A DNA stretch of 32,144 nucleotides from Octopus bimaculoides (lineage: Eukaryota), in NCBI RefSeq assembly GCF_001194135.2, contig NC_069004.1, positions 15,108,808 to 15,140,951 on the forward strand, given 5' to 3'. Of this stretch, positions 21,327 to 30,943 are shown piece after piece. The notes beneath the pieces are model-generated. The model had not been told where the DNA came from and did no database searches. It worked only from the letters and a program-made list of their open reading frames with translations. How positions within the stretch are numbered: the stretch's first letter is position 1; every line of letters begins with the position of its first letter. The translations under genes and the position numbers were made by a program.

Positions 21327-21487
21327 CAAGTAAAGGATGTGAAGTTCACTCTCAAGGACAAAACATCTTCGTGCTCTCTGCAGTTCAGTGAATACATGAA
21401 GGCCTTCTTCAGGAGAGAGGGCTGATGCTAACACAGCAGAACCAAGCTTTGTTGGGAAAAAACAAGATTCAGTTGTTTCTGCACAAT
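21327..21487 (-). CDS. POLQ: POLQ exon (DCAETTESCFFPTKLGSAVLASALSPEEGLHVFTELQRARRCFVLESELHILYL)
   Basis: Winged-helix PTxLGxAxLxSxLSP and FVLExxLHILYL; TTACAG| and |GTGCAT; 161 nt, phase 1 to 0. Confidence 0.96.
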
Positions 21488-21599
21488 CTGTAAAATAGAA
21501 AAAAACAATACAAATAAACCAATTTCATAATGATGGCTGACCTTGAGAGTCAGGGTGAATTAGTCAAGACTGACATATAAAATTTGCCTGCTCAGTCAT

Positions 21600-21870
21600 C
21601 TAATGCCTGTTATCCATGTTGGCATAGGTTGGATAGTTTGACAGGAACTAATAAGCCAGAAGACTGCACCAGACTTCAGAATCCGTTTTGGCAGGGTTTT
21701 TATGACTGGATGCCCTTCCTAATACCAACTACCTTACAGAGTGAACTGAGTGCTTTTTACATGGCACCAGCACTGGTGAGGTCTGTTTTGACATGGCTTT
21801 TATGGCTGAATGCCCTTCCAAAGGCCAACCATTTTATGGAGGAGACTGAATACTTTTTTATATGGCAACA
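21600..21870 (-). mobile_element. Degenerate RTE-tail repeat copy
   Basis: CCATGTTGGCATAGGTTGGATAG...CTGGATGCCCTTCCTAATACCAAC. Confidence 0.65.
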
Positions 21871-21944
21871 GCACCAACAAATACTATGAATAGTTGATAC
21901 ATATCCCTATATGTATGAACTTATATGAATATGAATCTCTCTCT

Positions 21945-21945
<1 letters not shown>

Positions 21946-22000
<55 letters not shown>
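21946..22000. repeat. (AT)n microsatellite
   Basis: Perfect AT run. Confidence 0.97.
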
Positions 22001-22007
<7 letters not shown>

Positions 22008-22167
22008 TTTTTCTCCGTGTTTTTCTCCTTGTCTCCGTATTTTTTCTGTTGAAGAGCGTAGCTCGAAACGTCAAAGACTTTCCGTATTCCCGAGCGTCAT
22101 ACTAATATATACTTTTGTTATTTACACCACCTGTCCTCGTCTGTTGTTATTAGTTGTATATTCTCCC

Positions 22168-22170
<3 letters not shown>
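22001..22170 (+). mobile_element. Possible Penelope-like element terminus
   Basis: TGAAGAGCGTAGCTCGAAACGTC resembles the TGAnGA...CGAAACG motif of Penelope-like ends; flanked by (TA)n on both sides. Confidence 0.4.
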
Positions 22171-22199
<29 letters not shown>

Positions 22200-22726
22200 A
22201 CATAAGCATTTTATTCTGTTATCTATCAGTTTATATGCCCTATATTACCTTACATGTAAGGTAACTGTATACATGTTACCTTACATGTAACATGTACACA
22301 GTTTCTTTAAGATATTCATTGATTTCCAGAAAGGAAAGAATTATATTATTTTCCTATCTCCTGCATGTATTCTGAGACCCAGTGAACAAAAAATTACTAA
22401 GTAAATGAAAAATGTTGAACAACTACTGCCATTGCTGCTGCTGCTACTACTACTACAACTACTACTAGTCCTCTATACCACTACCACCATGAGCAGCAGT
22501 AATGTTTCGTATTTGCTTTTTCACAGAGGCCTATGTTGGGCGTTTTTTCTGAGCCAGTGTTTTATGAATTGCCAACCTTCCTGGTTACTTCTGCAGGCAT
22601 TAGTGTATCTAGTCTAAAACCAGAATATGCATGTAATAACTTAGACCAAGATATACAACACCGTAAAAAGAAAGCACAAGAAAATTAGAATGATTTTAAC
22701 ATAGAAGATACGATTATTCTTTTTAC

Positions 22727-22913
22727 CAGAATCTTCCTTTGTGATGTTCCGGATAGAAATAAATTCATTTTCTTTAAGAAAGTCGATACATTCCGAGACC
22801 AGACTAACATTGTTTCCTCTTCTTTCTTCATCTTCGACAGATGCAGAAAGAAGTGTGCAGGATGTATAGAGGGAAACATCTGACACACTAATAGCAGCAC
22901 CACTCACAATTAT
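22727..22913 (-). CDS. POLQ: POLQ exon (IIVSGAAISVSDVSLYTSCTLLSAS...ECIDFLKENEFISIRNITKEDS)
   Basis: Continues LE|IIVSG and YxxCTLL; TTTCAG| and |GTAAAA; 187 nt, phase 0 to 1. Confidence 0.95.
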
Positions 22914-23005
22914 CTGAAAAGAAAATTGCATTAATTAGTTAGATTTAGTTAGATTACATACATACATACATATAATTATACACACACACACACACACATA
23001 TATAT

Positions 23006-23123
23006 ATTATTCTTAAATGAGAACGTTGCTGACAGTGACTTTGAAGTTTCAGCCAGCTAAGACATCATCAGACTGGCTGGAACTTTGAAGTCACTGTCAA
23101 CAACATTCTTGTTTAAGAATAAT
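23006..23123. repeat. 118-bp foldback hairpin (51-bp arms, 16-nt loop), MITE-like
   Basis: Arms 23006-23056 and 23073-23123 pair with 7 mismatches, all transitions. Confidence 0.9.
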
Positions 23124-23210
23124 AAATTTGTGCTCTACAAAAGTATAGAGTAACCCATCAAATTAATGTAAAATTGTTTTTATTACAACTGAACATAAAA
23201 ACAAACATTA

Positions 23211-23247
<37 letters not shown>

Positions 23248-23257
23248 TATATATATA

Positions 23258-23385
23258 TTCAAATTCCACCAAGGTCGACTTTGCCCTTCATCTTCTCAGG
23301 GTTGATAAAATAAGTACCAGTTGAACACTGGGGTTGATGTAATTGACTTACCTACTCCCTAAAATTACTGGTTTTGTGCCAAAGT
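23258..23385 (+). mobile_element. tRNA-like SINE remnant
   Basis: TTCAAATTCCACCAAGGTCGACTTTGCC...AAATAAGTACCAGT; inverse orientation of the 26000-26235 copy. Confidence 0.7.
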
Positions 23386-23390
23386 GTATA

Positions 23391-23490
23391 TCATCATCAT
23401 TGTTTAACATCCATTTTCCATGCTGGCATGAATTGGATGTTTTGACAGAAGCTGACCAGTTCCAATTGTCTGTTATGGCATGATCTCTAC
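23391..23490 (-). mobile_element. Short RTE-tail repeat remnant
   Basis: (CAT)n then GTTTAACATCCATTTTCCATGCTGGCATG. Confidence 0.65.
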
Positions 23491-23963
23491 ACTTGATTTG
23501 CTTGTTATTTTTTCTCCTTACTATATGACTTTTGATTACTAACTATATAGATAAATGCTTCATCCAAATGTAAATTTTGTATTATTTGATTCCGTCTGAA
23601 GAATTTCTAACAGAAAATTTCTTACATATTTACCCAACATGTACAATTTTGTAATTCCCATTAGCACATGAAACATGTGTAATGGTGAATAAATAATACC
23701 AAATAATATTGCCAACTTCCTGTTTTCATTTTATATACAGGGTGTTTAAGATATTTGAAGATAGATTTGTTTATCAGAAAAACAGAGATATAATAACAGA
23801 TAACTTTATTATCAAAAAATGCAATGAGGATAAAAATAAACCTTCTTTTAAAGCCACCTTCAGCTTCAATAACTGCTTCTATATGAGATCTAAATCATCT
23901 ACATTCTCGAATCAAGTTTGTCCTGATTTATTTTGGACATTACTCTGAACATGGCAGCTCTTA

Positions 23964-24032
<69 letters not shown>

Positions 24033-24044
24033 TATAATAATAAT
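23964..24044. repeat. (AAT)n microsatellite
   Basis: Near-perfect run about 45 nt from the donor at 24089. Confidence 0.97.
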
Positions 24045-24089
24045 TCAAAAAGTAAAGTTAGAAAAATCTCAAGAATCTTATCTAATTAC

Positions 24090-24232
24090 TTCCAAAATTG
24101 CTCTTTTCAAAGATGCCGTCGGTCCATCTTGTAAACATTTCATAAAAGAACTTTTAATAGGAGGTAGGGCAGCATTGAGCAATTCATAAGCACGGGCCTT
24201 CTCGTTAACTTTACATATAAGAATGCTCTCAC
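24090..24232 (-). CDS. POLQ: POLQ exon (GESILICKVNEKARAYELLNAALPPIKSSFMKCLQDGPTASLKRAILE)
   Basis: GESILIC and KRAILE motifs; TTACAG| and |GTAATT; 143 nt, phase 1 to 0. Confidence 0.95.
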
Positions 24233-24519
24233 CTGTAATAAAACATGCAACCTTTAGTTTGTATACAGATCACAGAACACATTAAAGTAAATTGATTTCA
24301 TAGGACAGTGAATGCAAATATATTTAATGCAGTGAACTTAACTTTAATAAACCAAGATGTGCATTTAGCAAAGAGTGGAAAAAGGGGACACTTCAAAACG
24401 AAAATAATATATTTATTTTAATAAGTTGATACCCCAACAGTCTTAATTAAAATGTTAAATAAGTAATGTGGTGATGAGTAAGACAGACTCAACTTCAGTA
24501 GAAGGGATTACATGTACCC

Positions 24520-24743
24520 ACCTGACTGGCCCTCGTGCCGGTGGCTCGTAAAAGCACCCACTACACTCTCGGAGTAGTTGGCATTAGGAAGGGTATCCAA
24601 CTGTAGAAACTCTGCCAAATCAGATTGGAGCCTGGTGTCGCCTCCTGGTCCACCAGTCCTCAGTCAAATCGTCCAACCCATGCTATAGCATGGAAAGCGG
24701 ACGTTAAACGACGACGATGATTATGATGATGATGATGATGATG
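24520..24743 (+). mobile_element. RTE-tail repeat copy with (GAT)n tail
   Basis: GCACCCACTACACTCTCGGAG...GGAAGGGTATCCAACTGTAGAAAC...GGACGTTAAACGACGACGATGA. Confidence 0.85.
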
Positions 24744-25350
24744 AGAGATGAAATAGGTAATGCTTTGAAGGGAAGGAGAGTCTAAACTTTAGTAGACAGG
24801 GTTGGCAACTCTGGACCATGTTTTGGTTTTAGTAAATCTCTTCAGTTTAGTTTGAGGAAATGTTGTGAAGTAAGGAACAAAGCAAAGTGTATAGCTTACA
24901 TAATAAGCATATGGGAATGAACTTGCAGTTCCTTACCAAAGTATGAACCAAATATACTCTCAATGAGTAATTCAGCTTTCAATTAAGATACATAACATAT
25001 GTACTTAAATTAAATAGTTTAGCTTTTAGTTAATGAGCACCAAATATGCTTTGCATATGAAACATACTTTAATCAAACCTTTTGATTTTAAATTAACAAG
25101 TACCAAATTTGTAGTAATCAAGTAATTTAACCTTCAATAAATGAGTTCCAATTAATTTTGTAAAAGTGAAGAACAGGTTTGTTGTGTCAGAACCTACACA
25201 ATATTTAGTGAACTAACACAATTCTTTCTATTTTCTACATGTTTTGATAACTTTTCAAAACTGAAGTTGATTTCTATAATAGTTTTTACAATTGGAGACT
25301 TGTACAACCTATATGTGAAACAAAGCTACGTGTTCAAATTTACAACAGGC

Positions 25351-25565
25351 TATAAATTATAAATGTCACAAACAGAAGAACATAATAAAAAATTATAAAT
25401 TATAAATGGTACAAACAGAAGAACATAACAAAAAATTATAAATTATAAATGTCACAAACAGAAGAATATGACAAAAAATTATAAATTATAAATGGTACAA
25501 ACAGAAGAATATAACAAAAAATTATAAATTATAAATGTTACAAACAGAAGAATATAACAAAAATA
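25351..25565. repeat. 43-bp minisatellite, 5 copies
   Basis: Units start at 25351, 25394, 25437, 25480 and 25523; consensus TATAAATTATAAATG(TC/GT)ACAAACAGAAGAAYATAACAAAAAAT. Confidence 0.95.
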
Positions 25566-25629
25566 AAAATCATACATTCCTAGGTTTTAAATCTAACCAA
25601 AATCTACTTTATATCCATCTGGGTTAATG

Positions 25630-26235
25630 AAATAGTCAAAAGGGAGTACTTTCTTTCTATTATTGACCCTGAAAGGATGAAAGGTAAAGTCAACCTTGGC
25701 TGAATTTGAACTCAGAAAGTGAAGACAGATGAAATGCCGCTAAGCACTTTGCCCAGTGTGCTAACAGTTCTGCCAGCTCACTGCTTTAGTATAAGAAAAT
25801 AATGGTTTCGAATTTTGGCTCAAGGCCAGCAACTTCAGGGGAGGTGTGTTAAGTCAATTATATCAACTGCAGTACTCAATTGGTATTTTTACTGACCCCA
25901 AAAAGATAAAAGGTGAAGTCAATCTCAGTGGAATTTGAACTCAGAACATGAAGACAGGTGAAATACCACTAAGCATTTTGCCTGGCATGGTAACGTTCCT
26001 TATTTCTTTATTGCCCACAAGGGGCTAAACACAGAGGGGACAAACAAGGACAGACAAATAGATTAAATCAATTATATCAACCCCAGTGCATAACTTGTAC
26101 TTATTTAATCGACCCCGAAAAGATGAAAGGCAAAGTTGACCTTGGCGGAATTTGAACTCAGAACATAACGGCAGACGAAATACTGTTAAGCATTTCGCCC
26201 GGCATGCTAACATTTCTGCCAGCTTGCTGCTTTGG
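25630..26235 (-). mobile_element. Three head-to-tail tRNA-like SINE copies (~25630-25790, ~25805-25995, ~26000-26235)
   Basis: Each has GACC..GAAA.GAT.AAAGG..AAGT..A.C...G..GAATTTGAACTCAGAA...TAAGCA.TT.GCC. Confidence 0.85.
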
Positions 26236-26521
26236 TATAAGAAAATATTGATAATAAATCATTGCATAACAAAATTAGCTTTTGATTGATCTTAAGCTGC
26301 ATTTTTTTTTCCCTTTTTTTTTTTTTTGACAAAACATGTAAAGGGGGTAAAATGCCATTTGAAAGGGAGCACTGAACTGCAAAGAGCTGAGAGACATTGC
26401 TCTATGGTAATTCTATCTAAGGTTACGTTACTCACCCAAAGTCATATTAAAATATATTTTAATGAAAAGATACTCCATGAAGTTTAATCATAAAACATCC
26501 ACAACAGTCATGCACACATCA

Positions 26522-26782
<261 letters not shown>

Positions 26783-26899
26783 TTAATGATGTCATCATAG
26801 AAAATGTATGTGGTTAATTATGCCAAAAAAATATATAAACCAAAACAAGCAAATATTCTAAAACTATACATATATATACATGCTGTAATATACAACTGC

Positions 26900-27220
26900 T
26901 TCCAAATGGGATAGGAGCAGCCTGTTTTTCCCATTCTGAGTTCAAGAGTAGATCAAGGCCATCAACATCCCCAGGGCCTCCAGTTGTTAGCTTTATGGGA
27001 TGGAATTGCATGTCATTCTCCTGTTGGTGTCAGCTATCCTGAGGGAAGCCTTGGAGGGAACCAGCTAATATTTGGCCCAATTGGTCTTTCACCCCCTATA
27101 CCTGGTTCCAATGATCAATTTGCACATCAGAAGTGCTTCAATCTTTCACCAGAGTTTCCTCTGGCTTCATCCCAACTGAGCATGGATTACCATCTTTCGG
27201 GTCCCCAGCCACATGCTACA
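26900..27220 (-). pseudogene. Decayed 28S (LSU) rRNA fragment
   Basis: Colinear conserved LSU blocks on the minus strand: GGACCCGAAAGATGGT, GAAGCCAGAGGAAACTCTGGTG, GTGCAAAT, GGTATAGGGG..GAAAGAC, TAGCTGGTTCCCTCC, TTCCCTCAGGATAGCTG, TAAAGC, AATGGG. Many CG to TG/CA changes versus the recalled eukaryotic consensus. Confidence 0.88.
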
Positions 27221-27299
27221 CCTGGATCAAAGCAGGAACATGCAGGTCTCTCAAGCAAATACAAATGCATGGACCCAACCAGGAAATGATACTTCAAAG

Positions 27300-28100
27300 C
27301 ACCATACATTGTTAGTTCTACTACATTATAGTTCAAGAAAATTGCCAGTTTCACATTAACATTATGGATGAGTGTCACATTATTTGTAAAGTAGAGGTCC
27401 AGAGCACTTTTACCTCTTGTTGGGTGGAACATTATTTACTCCATGAATAGCATATTTATAAGGTCAAGCAGAGACTCTGCTCACCTCCAGTCATGTAGTG
27501 ACATACCTGAGAGGAGGTGGCCCACAAGCCATTCAGTATTAGGGAGGTTGATGTCTCCAAGAAGAATTATGTGAAAGCTGTCGTCCTCCATATTTTTGAG
27601 GCTCTCTTCAAATGAGTCCCCAGAACTGGGACCATCCAGTGGATGATATGTAGTACATATTATCATTTTGATTTTTTTCAATATGTACTATTAGTGTGTC
27701 CACAAACTGAGTTTGAGTCTGATTTAGGCCTACAGGGGTGACAACTACACAGATTTTTTTTCTCCTGTCTGTTTGAAATACAAGATGCTTTGTGTATCTC
27801 AGCATCTGCCAGGTCAGCAGTCAGATGTGTTTCTGCTAGTGTCATGCATACTACTTGATTGCATGTAACTAAGTCTATCAGATATGGGGTTTTGCTCCAG
27901 TGGATTGTAACAAGGCCCCTGACATTCAGCAGGAACATTGGTGTAACATATGGGGTGTCAGTAGCGGCCACTGGTTTAACATTTGTGGAGATGTCAGAGG
28001 TGACCATCCTGGATCTTTTGTTGTTTGCGGCGGTCTTGAACGCTGGTATGTGTTTCTCTGACTCAATGTCTGATGAAGCCAAGTCAGCTGCCTTTCAATG
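27300..28100 (-). mobile_element. Frameshifted APE-endonuclease region of a CR1/L2-group LINE
   Basis: Across three frames: FLLNVRGL, MTLAETHL, ICTTYHP, IILLGDINLPNTEW, PTRGKSALDLYFTN, in the expected APE motif order. Confidence 0.75.
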
Positions 28101-28106
28101 ATCTGT

Positions 28107-28335
28107 GTCATCATCATCATCGTTTAACGTCTGCTTTCCATGCTAGCATGGGTTGGACGATTTGACTGAGGACCGGTGAAACCGGATGGCAACACCAGCC
28201 TCCAATCTGATTTGGCAGAGTTTCTACAGCTGGATGCCCTTCCTAACGCCAACCACTCAGAGAGTGTAGTGGATGCTTTTACGTGTCACCCGCACAAAGG
28301 CCAGTCAGGCGATACTGGCAACGGCCACGCTCATA
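28107..28335 (-). mobile_element. RTE-tail repeat copy
   Basis: (CAT)n plus GTTTAACGTCTGCTTTCCATGCTAGCATGGGTTGGACGATTTGACTGAGG and the core. Confidence 0.85.
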
Positions 28336-28507
28336 TCCAAAAAAGATCACCCTTCAGCTGCTGCTGTCCACACTACATCTACATATGACTTCTTCTTAGG
28401 AACACTACATATAATATCCACATATTTCCAGAGTGAAGGCATTGGTTTACAGAGCCTTTGTTTTTGCAAGTTCTACATTTCTTATGTTTTTGTGCTCAAC
28501 TAACGCA

Positions 28508-28570
28508 GGACCAAGATGGATGGCACGTGCAGGTTAAAAATGTCCCAGCAAGCTCGACCAGGTGATGATA
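28508..28570 (+). mobile_element. Very short 3' stub of the RTE-type LINE seen at 745-1115
   Basis: AGGACCAAGATGGATGGCACGTGC resembles AGGACCATGATGGATGGCATGCTC near 1050; ends GATGATAATGA. Confidence 0.45.
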
Positions 28571-28964
28571 ATGAATTAAGCAGGTGCTCAGAGTGACCTA
28601 TATCAAAGCTCTGAAGGTAGATCATAGCCAAGATTAAGGGATTCCTTTGAAGAAAGAACCGTAACACTAAGCTCAAAGAATCCCTGGAAATATGATAGAA
28701 TGTTAGACACCACAGATAAATTCATATGATGGAGACACACAAGGATGTCATTTTACCAAACTGACAAATCTATTATAAAATGTTGATTATCAAAACCAAC
28801 TGAGGATTTCTCTAAAGTAAGTTTTCAACTTAAAAAGCAAAGAATTGTTCCAAAGTTTTCTTTGATATAAGTTTCCAACCACAAATGGAAGCAAAAAAAA
28901 AAATAATAATAATAATTTTAATTTCATTTCAACAAAAATAAACTAAAACCAATTTAGAACTAAC

Positions 28965-29105
28965 CTGCATGATGAAAAGCTACTCCACATTGAACAGTTT
29001 TTCCTAAAACGAAATCCAAACCAGCAGGACTTCTCTCGAGCTGAACTTTGATGTCATGAGTTGCTTCTTTGTCAATGGGCAGGAAAGAGGTGGTGACTTT
29101 CTCTT
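28965..29105 (-). CDS. POLQ: POLQ exon (EEKVTTSFLPIDKEATHDIKVQLERSPAGLDFVLGKTVQCGVAFHHA)
   Basis: GVAFHHAG motif completed across the intron; GATCAG| and |GTTAGT; 141 nt, phase 1-1. Confidence 0.96.
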
Positions 29106-29159
29106 CTGATCATAAGAAATAAGAAACAAAGAAGACATTTTAAATCTTTATCTTTTCCA

Positions 29160-29390
29160 TTTTTCTACCTGTTTCAGTTGTTAGACTGCGGCCATGCTGC
29201 AGCACCAGCTTGAAAAACTATTTTTTTAGTCAAACGAATCGACCTCAGTACTTATTTGTTTTTTAAGCTTGATACTTATTCTATCATTCTCTTTTTGCCA
29301 AACTGCTAAGCTGCAAGGGTGTAAACGCACCAATACCAGTTGTCAAGTGGTGGGAGGGGACAAACACAGACGCAAAGACACACACACACA
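29160..29390 (-). mobile_element. tRNA-like SINE 3' part
   Basis: Reverse complement of the 31115-31325 portion of the full copy (CTGCGGCCATGCTG, CAGTACTTATT, GGGACAAACACAGAC). Confidence 0.75.
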
Positions 29391-29486
29391 TAATTAAAGA
29401 TTTAGGGTTCAACAAATATTGCTTCACCACACACCGAAAATTAGAAACAGCAGCCAAAACTACTATTTCTCTACCAAACATACGAC

Positions 29487-29512
29487 NNNNNNNNNNNNNN
29501 NNNNNNNNNNNN
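29487..29512. other. Assembly gap (short N run)
   Basis: Run of N. Confidence 0.99.
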
Positions 29513-29919
29513 TTTAGTGCCAGAAAAAACTGCAATTGGGTTAAATATATGTTGATAGGGATAAAACATTTCTAACCTGGAATCACAAAAAGAAACATTT
29601 AGCATTCGCTACTGTTGCAGTGGTCCAGTTTGGAGATTCCATGATTTTAATACCAAAAATTAGCAGCAGTATTTCCAAATATATCCATTATTGTATATTT
29701 CTTCCTTCTTTGTTTTAGCAAGTACAGTTTTAAAACTTTCAATCTCTCACAATCATTTTGTTGCTGTTGTTGTTGTTGTTGTTGGCGCCTAAAAAGATGA
29801 GATGTTCAAGGCTGGAATACTTTTAATAGTAGATTACTCTGTTCAAAAACAATAACCATCACAACTAATAATTTGTTTTTTTTAATGACAGAGTTCCAGC
29901 CCAGGCTAAAACAACAAAG

Positions 29920-30050
29920 TCCAACCGTCACACTTCTTGGTCCAACATTACTGCTTGTAGGTCCTGGATACATTCCAGGCCAGTGTCTGTGATCAAGTTG
30001 CTGATGTAAGTGTGACATTTTCCTCTTCACCATGAAGTGGGCACTACAAA
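29920..30050 (-). mobile_element. RTE-type LINE ORF2 C-terminal remnant
   Basis: Minus frame RGKCHTYISNLITDTGLECIQDLQAVMLDQEV*R, same motif order as the 745-1115 remnant. Confidence 0.6.
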
Positions 30051-30118
30051 ACTAATTTGGTTGCTTCCAGTTCAGGTTGGTGCATGCAGTGACCAGATAG
30101 TTGCAGCCATCTTTGCCT

Positions 30119-30259
30119 GAAAACTTCAAGTACTTAGGCGGTTGAGTGAGCAGTTTGGAAGTAAACATCAAGATCAGGAAGGCACAAGCATGGACAGCCT
30201 ATCACAAACTAAAGGTCTGGAACACCAAATTGCCCAGTTGAATCAAAACCAAGCTGTTA
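30119..30259 (+). mobile_element. RTE-type LINE RT-thumb remnant
   Basis: ENFKYLGG*VSSLEVNIKIRKAQAWTAYHKLKVWNTKLPS*IKTKL contains the FKYLG motif and the following RTE-type helix. Confidence 0.65.
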
Positions 30260-30304
30260 TAAATAATGGTAAGATTTAACAGTTAAGTAGTGGCAAAAAA
30301 CAAA

Positions 30305-30542
30305 ATTGTGATACCTAACATGAAAGCAAGGAAGTTGTCGGCCATTGCATGGAAGCCAAGGGCACGAGCCCGGGTGAAGCCAACCGCGGGTGCAGATCTT
30401 GGTGGTAGTAGCAAATATTCTAGCTAGAATATTTGCTACTACCACCGAGATCTGCACCCGCGATCGGCTTCACCTGGGCTTGCGCCCTCGGCTTCCATGC
30501 AATGGCCGACAACTTCCTTGCTTTCATGCTAGGTATCACAAT
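30305..30542. repeat. Spacerless 238-bp palindrome built from a 28S rRNA fragment
   Basis: Arms 30305-30423 and 30424-30542, 111/119 paired, centre TAG|CTA. Each arm carries GAAGCC..GGGC...AGCCC.GGTGAAGCC...CGCGGGTGCAGATCT.GGTGGTAGTAGCAAATATTC, matching conserved eukaryotic 28S rRNA. Confidence 0.93.
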
Positions 30543-30769
30543 ATATTATGCATTTTGTGGGTAATAAAATCATTGGTTGTAGGTGTTCAATAGTCTAATT
30601 ACCAGTGAACTGTATTTCTGACAACAGAGGGCCTGTGCAACTTAGGTGAAATAAATACAAGGTATTAATTTCACCCATGACATAAGTTCATTGATTTTCT
30701 CACTGAAATGTAAATATTTCATTGATATTCATCCCTCCACCACAAACACAGATGCAGCATAATACTGCA

Positions 30770-30915
30770 CGGTTTCCATCTATTGAATTCCACTTGTAAA
30801 GCATTGGTCAACCAGAGGTTCTGTTATGATATAATATGCCCAAGATGCTGTACAAAGTGATTGAACCCAGAACCAAACAATTTCCAAGCAAACTTCTTAA
30901 CCAGACAGCCATCCC
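30770..30915 (-). mobile_element. Degenerate tRNA-like SINE head, back-to-back with the 30944 copy
   Basis: GATTGAACCCAGAACC...AAGCAAACTTCTTAACCAGACAGCCA is the reverse complement of the SINE head. Confidence 0.6.
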
Positions 30916-30943
30916 TACACCTGTATCAATAACATAAGTGCAA

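Noticed and set aside
25351-25565. CRISPR-like array
   Set aside because: Contiguous tandem units with no unique spacers, in a eukaryotic intron.
26900-27220. Functional rRNA gene or rDNA unit
   Set aside because: Only ~300 bp, mutated in conserved positions, with no 18S/5.8S or flanking LSU sequence.
30405-30440. R2/R1 retrotransposon target site at the palindrome centre
   Set aside because: The R2 site context (TTAAGG/TAGCCAAATG) is a different part of 28S and is not present here.
30257-30593. Mirror-image ORFs 30257-30457 (-) and 30390-30593 (+)
   Set aside because: They are a consequence of the palindrome and have no coding features.
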